Assembly: GCA_963664825.1 (NCBI GenBank)
Contig: OY761614.1
Coordinates: 96,001-160,000 of the forward strand
Reading direction: 5' to 3'
Source of the DNA: an uncultured Holophaga sp.
GTDB lineage: Bacteria > Acidobacteriota > Holophagae > Holophagales > Holophagaceae
DNA length: 64,000 nt
Under the pieces are notes generated by a model. It worked only from the letters and a program-made list of their open reading frames with translations, searched no databases and had not been told where the DNA came from. Below are positions 58,801 to 64,000 of this stretch, piece by piece. Each line of letters opens with the position of its first letter. The stretch's first letter is position 1. The translations under genes were made by a program, and so were the position numbers.

Positions 58801-59249
58801 GGCAGCTTGAGGAGTTCTTCGGCGGAATAATTGACGCTCACCTTATCGGCGGTCTTGGCTTCCTGAGCCGTGGCCACCACTTCCACGACGGCGCCGGTCT
58901 CCTTGAGGAGCGTGAGCGAAAAGTCCAGGCTGAGGTTGCTGCCCAGGCCCACGCGTACTCCCGTGGCCGTCTTGCCCAGCCAGCCATCGGCGCTGACCTT
59001 CACGGTATAGGTGCCCACGGGCAGGAGCTGGCCTCGGTACTCGCCCTTGGCATCGGTCTTCAGGACCCTGGGGTGGAAGAGAGCCGGGCTCTCGAGGCTG
59101 ACGCGCACGCCGGCAATGGGCCGGCCCGCGTTATCGGTGACATGCCCCGCCAGGGCACCGGTGGTGACCTGGGCCACCAGGGCGGCATTCCCCGCGAGGA
59201 GGACGGCCAGCGTCGAGAGTTTCAATCCATTACGAATAATCATGATCAT
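55839..59249 (-). CDS. TonB-dependent receptor with N-terminal carboxypeptidase-regulatory-like domain (Oar type)
   Basis: GALAGHVTD..G.PIAGV, plug LAPGV...YRIDG...GGQVNVVTKTGSN, SGPIIKDRLWF, C-terminal VGLKF. Confidence 0.9.
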   Translation of the reverse strand: MIMIIRNGLKLSTLAVLLAGNAALVAQVTTGALAGHVTDNAGRPIAGVRVSLESPALFHPRVLKTDAKGEYRGQLLPVGTYTVKVSADGWLGKTATGVRVGLGSNLSLDFSLTLLKETGAVVEVVATAQEAKTADKVSVNYSAEELLKLPTNRSFDGALALAPGVTGSGLGTSIRGGSFGGQTKAGGGYSQVMYRIDGIDVKDDTGTQWDGPARAQLYEPLPDSIEDVQVVLSALNARHGRSQGGQVNVVTKTGSNTFEGSIRTTFSRPSWTTDLPHGPVAGSDYAASESNAVESYSRFTDITFSGPIIKDRLWFYVGTRVQPSQSGTATLGWNGVPVQKNASGGWDVIPGATLSSVMKYPMVTWGAFPKVDNVLKGVGTPYPTGYGNFDISKYTDWNSVVPADTTYHKYEGKLTFLVNDNNTLALTYLTDKTVQGGYTGERTSPPNTALDKDFVGDLTTETKAWTLGWNSTINEHWFLEMRAFKAEVKLNDVTGPTQYPIFVQSQLSTGDPNIQILSTDNQGMASGNGQAGYFGSFYNRRSSSDITPNIRGNQSLNFNVKTFQEAAGQHEIDFGAEYFQTKHQFGRERSGNRGVFEGGFIYNPDTKDYLYPTFYANSASLVPLDSNGQADQALVQYGELPMRGPGAYMERYWAGQSAAKNNSTGLWLNDTWTLDSNWNLMLGLRYNRFAIRDTSERSLADINVTEPRLQLKWNPDGKGQEIYTFTAAKLASAYSDEMAAWFRTNGWTTRTVHAWKGLPGQLAVDDNNIDSDPLSGVRWVDYNTLIDPANYGAPSAIIDLSQTAKTAGLQVPYAIEFSLGYMRNFDTGSVRLNFVQRTYKKEWLSFVHDGYYDPADPTKYLTLVQDPSGLGAPQWQQTHRFLNSGLEQIYRGVELAWNEAITSRLNFGGNYTWSQITGRNALDYYNYRDEKLRNGLSEDVFAPEGVLSRSQVLHAFLTYVVPIGKGNVSASTLATYSTSGVRTPNGVGVLKVADVDTGNAAFHGYSVQPIDNVAGQNILLNYNTYSSPMGAFTRGTDIYTVDVKLQAQMPLAGKVMLTTYVQIKNIFNHLQRISVYDWSGSSNGTAEFGTGGSVGNSSPITGRPLGGFSQAWGTGNDNTYYSGGRTFTEFSVGLKF

Positions 59250-59273
59250 TCTCCGCGAATCGTCAGCCGCAGG

Positions 59274-60053
59274 CTAGAAATGGAAGACGTAGCCGAACTC
59301 GAAGTGCGGCACGAAGCGGGTGGTCTTGGTGAGCGTGTCGCCAGGGAAGGCGTTGTGGGGCGCGATTCGGCCCGCAGCCGGATCGGAATCGGGGTCCACA
59401 TCCCACGCGTAGGTGCCCGTCCCGGGCTGATGGAGGTAATTCAGGGCGGTGTAGCTCAGCGCCATGACATTGAGCTCCAGGTTGGAGTGAGGGCTGATCT
59501 TCCAGGACACACCCACGTAGGGGCTGACCTTGATTCCGCCCTCCGAGGGCGTTCCCGAGTAGGTGTCGCGCCAGGACGCGTAATTGTCGCCGGTCCAATT
59601 CACGCCGCTGACATCCCCGAAATATTCGTGTTTGAAGCGGGTCCCGCCGAGCATCACGCCGGCCTGCCAGCCCCAATCAGGATTGAAGGGACGGGCGAAG
59701 GAGAGACGCACGGAAAAGCCGTCCAGCTGATTGCGCCGGGAATCCCCGGATTTGGCCAGATCCACCGGGTCCAGCGTATAGGGAGCCGCTCCGGCCACGG
59801 GCTCGATATAGATATCCCCGGTCTTGTAGTAGTAGCCCACCTCCAGCCCAAGGGTCCCGAAGGACATGCCGTAGCCGAAGTTGAGCCCAAGGCCCAGCGA
59901 GGACTGCCGCAGATGATCCATGGACTGGGGAGACCAGGCCGTGCGGACCTTGAGTTCCTTGGTGAACCCCGTTTCCTGGGCCTGGGCGGTTCCGAACACC
60001 GCGGCTGCCACCAGCAGCCCCCGGCCGAACAGGGAAACACGATGCGTGAACAT
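59274..60053 (-). CDS. Outer-membrane beta-barrel protein
   Basis: Signal peptide ending AQA, aromatic-rich beta strands, C-terminal FGYVFHF. Confidence 0.7.
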   Translation of the reverse strand: MFTHRVSLFGRGLLVAAAVFGTAQAQETGFTKELKVRTAWSPQSMDHLRQSSLGLGLNFGYGMSFGTLGLEVGYYYKTGDIYIEPVAGAAPYTLDPVDLAKSGDSRRNQLDGFSVRLSFARPFNPDWGWQAGVMLGGTRFKHEYFGDVSGVNWTGDNYASWRDTYSGTPSEGGIKVSPYVGVSWKISPHSNLELNVMALSYTALNYLHQPGTGTYAWDVDPDSDPAAGRIAPHNAFPGDTLTKTTRFVPHFEFGYVFHF

Positions 60054-60155
60054 GAACTGACTCCTCACAATGAATGGACGCTGACTCATATCTCGATTCC
60101 AGGGCAGGCGGCCTCCGCGAGTGGCAGAGGGGCCGCCGTTCCTGCGATGAATGTC

Positions 60156-61232
60156 CTACTGCAACCCTGCGATCGCGGCCTTCCAGTACCTGGCATCCTC
60201 TTGACCCAGGGACCAGACGGAAAGGCCAGCCAGGTTGTACTTTTTCACGAGGGCCGCCTTGGCCTGGATGCTCTCGGGGTTCTCGAACCAGGCCTCGTGC
60301 TTGTGCCCATCCTTGCTCTCATAGGTCACGGAAGGCGAAAGCGTCGTGGCATCCCAGTGATTGACGGCCGTGGGATTGGCGAGCCATTCGCAGAACGTCG
60401 TCCAGGGCACGTAGGAGAAGGGATAGGCCCCGTCCTGGGCATAGGCTGTCAGATCCCAATCGTAGCCGTAGGCGGGAAGGCCCAGGAGCAGCTTGGAGGG
60501 GCTCACCACCGTGGCCGCGTACGCCGCGCATTCCTCCACCCAATCGGCGCCCGCGATGGGACCGGGATCGCTCCACGTGGGTCCATTCTCGTCGTAGGTC
60601 ATCAATTGGAGCAGGTCCGCGTCAATACCGATGGCCGCGTAATCGAAGGCTCCGGCCCAATCATCGGTGGGATCGTCCTCGCTCATCGCAGGCACGCTGA
60701 GCGCCAGCTTTAGGCCCGAGGCGTGGAGTTTGACCGCGAGTTCGTGCACGAACTGGCTGTAGGCGGCCCGGTCGGCGGGATAGAGGCCCTCGAAATCCAG
60801 ATTGAAACCCTGGAAGCCCCCATCCTTGGTCAGGGCCACGAAGCTATCGATGACCTTGTCCTTGTGGGTGACCAGGGCGCTGTGGCCCAGGTCGGCATTG
60901 AAATCACCGCCCAGGGCATTATCCACGTAGGTATAGGAACGGATGTTATTGGTCTTGTTGAAGGGGAGCAGCTCGCTATTGAAGAGGCTGCCGATCAGGT
61001 TGCAGTCCGCATCCAGGCTCATTCCGCCTTCGGCCACATCGCTGAGGCAGCTGCTATTGGATTTCACGGACTGGAGCACAAGAGGCGATCTGCCGGCGAA
61101 ATAGCCGTACACGATCTTGCTGGTGGCCTTGGGAGCGGGAGCCTTGTCGGAGTTTCCCCCCCCACAGGCCAAGGAGAGGGTGGCCAATAGCGCCACCCCC
61201 ATGGAAAGTCCCACTGAGCGAAGCTGCTTCAT
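60156..61232 (-). CDS. GH18 glycoside hydrolase lipoprotein (chitinase/N-acetylglucosaminidase-like)
   Basis: Lipobox LSLAC, FQGFNLDFE, LMTYD, LGLPAYGYDW, GLSVWSLGQED. Confidence 0.88.
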   Translation of the reverse strand: MKQLRSVGLSMGVALLATLSLACGGGNSDKAPAPKATSKIVYGYFAGRSPLVLQSVKSNSSCLSDVAEGGMSLDADCNLIGSLFNSELLPFNKTNNIRSYTYVDNALGGDFNADLGHSALVTHKDKVIDSFVALTKDGGFQGFNLDFEGLYPADRAAYSQFVHELAVKLHASGLKLALSVPAMSEDDPTDDWAGAFDYAAIGIDADLLQLMTYDENGPTWSDPGPIAGADWVEECAAYAATVVSPSKLLLGLPAYGYDWDLTAYAQDGAYPFSYVPWTTFCEWLANPTAVNHWDATTLSPSVTYESKDGHKHEAWFENPESIQAKAALVKKYNLAGLSVWSLGQEDARYWKAAIAGLQ

Positions 61233-61451
61233 GACTCGATCTCCAGAAGGTGCCGAGGGGAAGAATCCCGGATAGGGAACGTGATATTGGGGCAAGAACC
61301 GACTCTTCATCAGAAATGAATACTCATTCAAGATCCTTGATCCCGACCCCGGGGGCAATGATGGGGCCCACTCTTTATGCATGAGTAGAACCACTCAATC
61401 TCAAATGGATCCATCCTTGGATACGTAACGATTCACCCTTCCGAGGCATCC

Positions 61452-61880
61452 ATGCGAGCTATCTCCCTAGCCTTCCTCTTAGCCCTCCCCCTGCTGAGCC
61501 AAACACCAGCGGAGCGGATCAGCAGCGGATTCAAGACCCTCCGCACGGGCAGCTGGACGGACGCCTTCCGGGAATGGGAACAGCAGGCCCTGCCCTTCGC
61601 TCCGGTGGACCCGGAGCCCCGGAAGGTGCTGGAGGAATGGGTTCCCAAGACCTGGAGCCTCGGTACCTGGGAACTCCTCCAGACGAGCCCCTTGAGCACG
61701 ACTTGGCAGCGGCAATGGTGGCTGGCCAGCTTCGACCAGGGTGTGGTCTTCTTCACCTTCGATTGTGTGAAGCACAAGGGCGAATGGCGAGTGTTCCGCC
61801 TTCAGGTCTCGCGAGACCCCGCAGCCGTCCTGCCCGGCCTGGACCTCTATTCGGGGCTCGCGGCTCGCAACAGAGAATGA
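61452..61880 (+). CDS. Hypothetical exported protein
   Basis: Signal-peptide-like N-terminus, GAGG RBS, host-like codon usage. Confidence 0.6.
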   Translation: MRAISLAFLLALPLLSQTPAERISSGFKTLRTGSWTDAFREWEQQALPFAPVDPEPRKVLEEWVPKTWSLGTWELLQTSPLSTTWQRQWWLASFDQGVVFFTFDCVKHKGEWRVFRLQVSRDPAAVLPGLDLYSGLAARNRE

Positions 61881-61958
61881 GGTCGCCTTTACATCTGCAA
61901 CCACGCATCCCCATCAGGCGGTGCATGAAGGCAGAAGCCCCGGGTTCACAGACCCAGT

Positions 61959-62658
61959 TCAGTCTTCCACATCGAAACTCCCCACCGGGATGTTGCCGCT
62001 ACCCGGCAGGATCAGGGATTCGAAGCGCCAGCGGCGCTCCTTATCCGTGCCTCCATCCAGGATCACTTCCATCTGCACCCTGCGGGGATGGGCGTCCTCC
62101 GGCGACCACCAGCGCGAGGGCGCACCCGCGTTCCAGCAAAGCGTGTAGGTGCCCGAAGTGGGGTGCGTCTTTGCGAAGTCCCGGAGGCCTGAAGTGAGTT
62201 TCCCGCCGGGTTCCAGCACCTCCAGGCCCCAGGAGGGCCACCGCACGTCCCTTTCCTGAGCGATCACGCGCAAGCGCGGGGCGCGGTCCCCGCACCACCA
62301 CGAGCGCACCTGGAACTGGCCCGTGGCGGGGTCGAGGAGCTCCAGGCGGTTCTCGCCCTGGACGGGATGGATCGGGAAACGCTGTTCGCGGTTCACCTCC
62401 AACTCCAACTCCTGCGCCTCGCCATTGAACCAGGCCTGGATGCGGCGTTCACGGGACGCCTCGGCCGCCTCCAACTCCCGACGTGCCTCCCCTTCCGCCT
62501 TCAGCCATCGCGAGGCGAAGGAGATCTCCGCAGCGGAAACAGGCCCTTTCTCCAAATCCCTGTCCCGGATCCAGGCCCGAACCTCCTCGCACCGCCGTTC
62601 CCCGATGCCCGGCGGGCCTTCGAAGCGTTCCCATGTGCGAAGACGGAGGGCTTCCTCC
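61959..62658 (-). pseudogene. 3' remnant of a hypothetical gene truncated by IS66
   Basis: The frame stays open upstream of the listed TTG (EEALRLRTWERFEGPPG...) up to the proposed IS66 end and hits TGA just inside it. Confidence 0.6.
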
Positions 62659-64000
62659 GTATCGATTCACCCCCCCATGCAGGTTCAACTCGTGATTGAG
62701 GGGGGGGGAATCACTGCAAGTGAATAATTTACTTGTACTTCGGTCTCAAACCAGTCAGATTCTAAAGGATGGAGCTTGATCCCGTTCTGACTGATCCGCG
62801 TTATCTGGCGCTGGCTGCCGAGAACGGGGAACTGCGTGCGGAAATGACTCGCCTGCGGGAGACGATGGAACGTCTGGAGAAGCTGCTGGAGTCCCTCCAG
62901 GAGCGGCTCGGGAAAGACAGTCGCAACAGCAGCAAGCCTCCCAGCTCGGACGGGCCCGCAGCACCGCCCAAACCACCGACTCCGCCCACGGGGCGCAAGC
63001 GCGGCGGCCAACCGGGACGAAAGGGGTCCGCTCGGGTGATGTTGCCGGAGGGCAGCGAGGATCGGACGGTGGCGGTGCCCCTCGCCTGCTGTCCCCACTG
63101 CCGCGGCGAGGTTCCTTCAGGGGCCATCACCGGGACGCGCCTGCACCGGGTGGTGGATCTGGCTCAGCGCCTCACAGAAGTCATCGCTTACGCGCTGGAG
63201 GAGGGCATCTGCCCGCATTGCCAGCGAAAGGTCCGAGCTGCGCTACCACCGGAGGCCGCGCCCGGCGGGATCGGCCCGCGCCTCCAGGCTGCGGCGGCCT
63301 ATCTGCGCACGGAGGGCCGCATGAGCCTGACGCCGCTCCAACGTTTCCTCTCGGAGGTGACGGGCGTAGCGGTCTCACGCGGTTGGCTGCATGAGAGCGG
63401 CGTGGCCCTCGGGAACCATCTGCTGCCCGCCTGGGAGGACCTCTCCCAGCAGATCCGTACGGCGGACGTGCTCAACCTCGACGAGACTGGCTTTGGGCGG
63501 AAGGATCGGGACTGGATCTGGGTGGCCCTTTCCGCCCGCACGGCCCTCTTCCACTTCAGCGACACCCGTGGGGCGAGGGCCCTGACCGCCATGCTTCCCG
63601 AGGATTTCAGCGGCATCATCGGAACGGACCGGTATGGCGCCTACAACGCCTTGAAATCTGCCGTTCGCCAGTTCTGTTGGGCTCATTTGCGCCGAGAGTT
63701 TATTGCTCTGAGCGAATCCCAGAAGCCCGAGGTGGCCGCGCTAGGGAAGCGCCTCCTGGCCGAGCAGGAGGAGATCTTTGCGCTGTGGCACGCCTTCCGG
63801 GCCGGCGAGATCAGCCGCAAGGGTCTGCGGGCCTGCACCGCCCTCAATCTGGCGCGGCTCAAACGCGGCCTGATCCAGGCCAGCACGATGGATCACAGGG
63901 CCGCCCGGAACCTCGGGAAGGACCTCCTCCGAAAATGGGACAAACTCTGGGTGTTCCTGAAGGTCGAAGGCGTGGAACCCACCAACAACGCCGCCGAACG
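62659..64000 (+). mobile_element. IS66-family element (single-ORF ISBst12-like), partial
   Basis: Proposed left end GTATCGATTCACC (GTA..TTCA pattern) followed by the transposase; the right end lies outside the window. Confidence 0.75.
62769..64000 (+). CDS. IS66-family transposase (partial, runs off the window)
   Basis: Translated by hand: coiled coil, KDSRNSSKPPSSDG, CPHC/CPHC zinc finger, LDETG, TDRYGAY, QFCWAHLRR, PTNNAAE. Confidence 0.93.
   Translation, partial: MELDPVLTDPRYLALAAENGELRAEMTRLRETMERLEKLLESLQERLGKDSRNSSKPPSSDGPAAPPKPPTPPTGRKRGGQPGRKGSARVMLPEGSEDRTVAVPLACCPHCRGEVPSGAITGTRLHRVVDLAQRLTEVIAYALEEGICPHCQRKVRAALPPEAAPGGIGPRLQAAAAYLRTEGRMSLTPLQRFLSEVTGVAVSRGWLHESGVALGNHLLPAWEDLSQQIRTADVLNLDETGFGRKDRDWIWVALSARTALFHFSDTRGARALTAMLPEDFSGIIGTDRYGAYNALKSAVRQFCWAHLRREFIALSESQKPEVAALGKRLLAEQEEIFALWHAFRAGEISRKGLRACTALNLARLKRGLIQASTMDHRAARNLGKDLLRKWDKLWVFLKVEGVEPTNNAAE

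Overview
GC-rich bacterial chromosomal window. The gene content (Oar-type TonB-dependent receptor, bshC/bshB1, [FeFe] hydrogenase, flagellar export genes) suggests an anaerobic Acidobacterium of the Holophaga/Geothrix type; this is an inference. Left to right: a partial PDZ-membrane-GAF-PP2C phosphatase, an SDR and queE; a signalling island whose 8-PAS hybrid kinase gene is broken by two insertion sequences (IS256 and ISL3), both removable in silico to restore the reading frame; mocA-xdhC; fliOPQR-flhB behind a candidate sigma54 promoter; a trimeric [FeFe] hydrogenase (hydCBA) flanked by a receiver protein and a GAF kinase, whose beta subunit has the signatures of a non-bifurcating NADH-only enzyme; nadK, PBP1A, TonB, bshC-bshB1, rlhA-like and yhiN-like genes, a TA-flanked MITE and chorismate mutase; tilS-ftsH-folP::GNAT-glmM-pdxJ, a DUF4388 protein and a HAMP-CheZ protein; an ~15 kb SusD-less, NagA-less chitin/chitosan utilisation locus; and an IS66 element that truncates a gene and runs off the right edge. 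No rRNA, tRNA or CRISPR array was seen.
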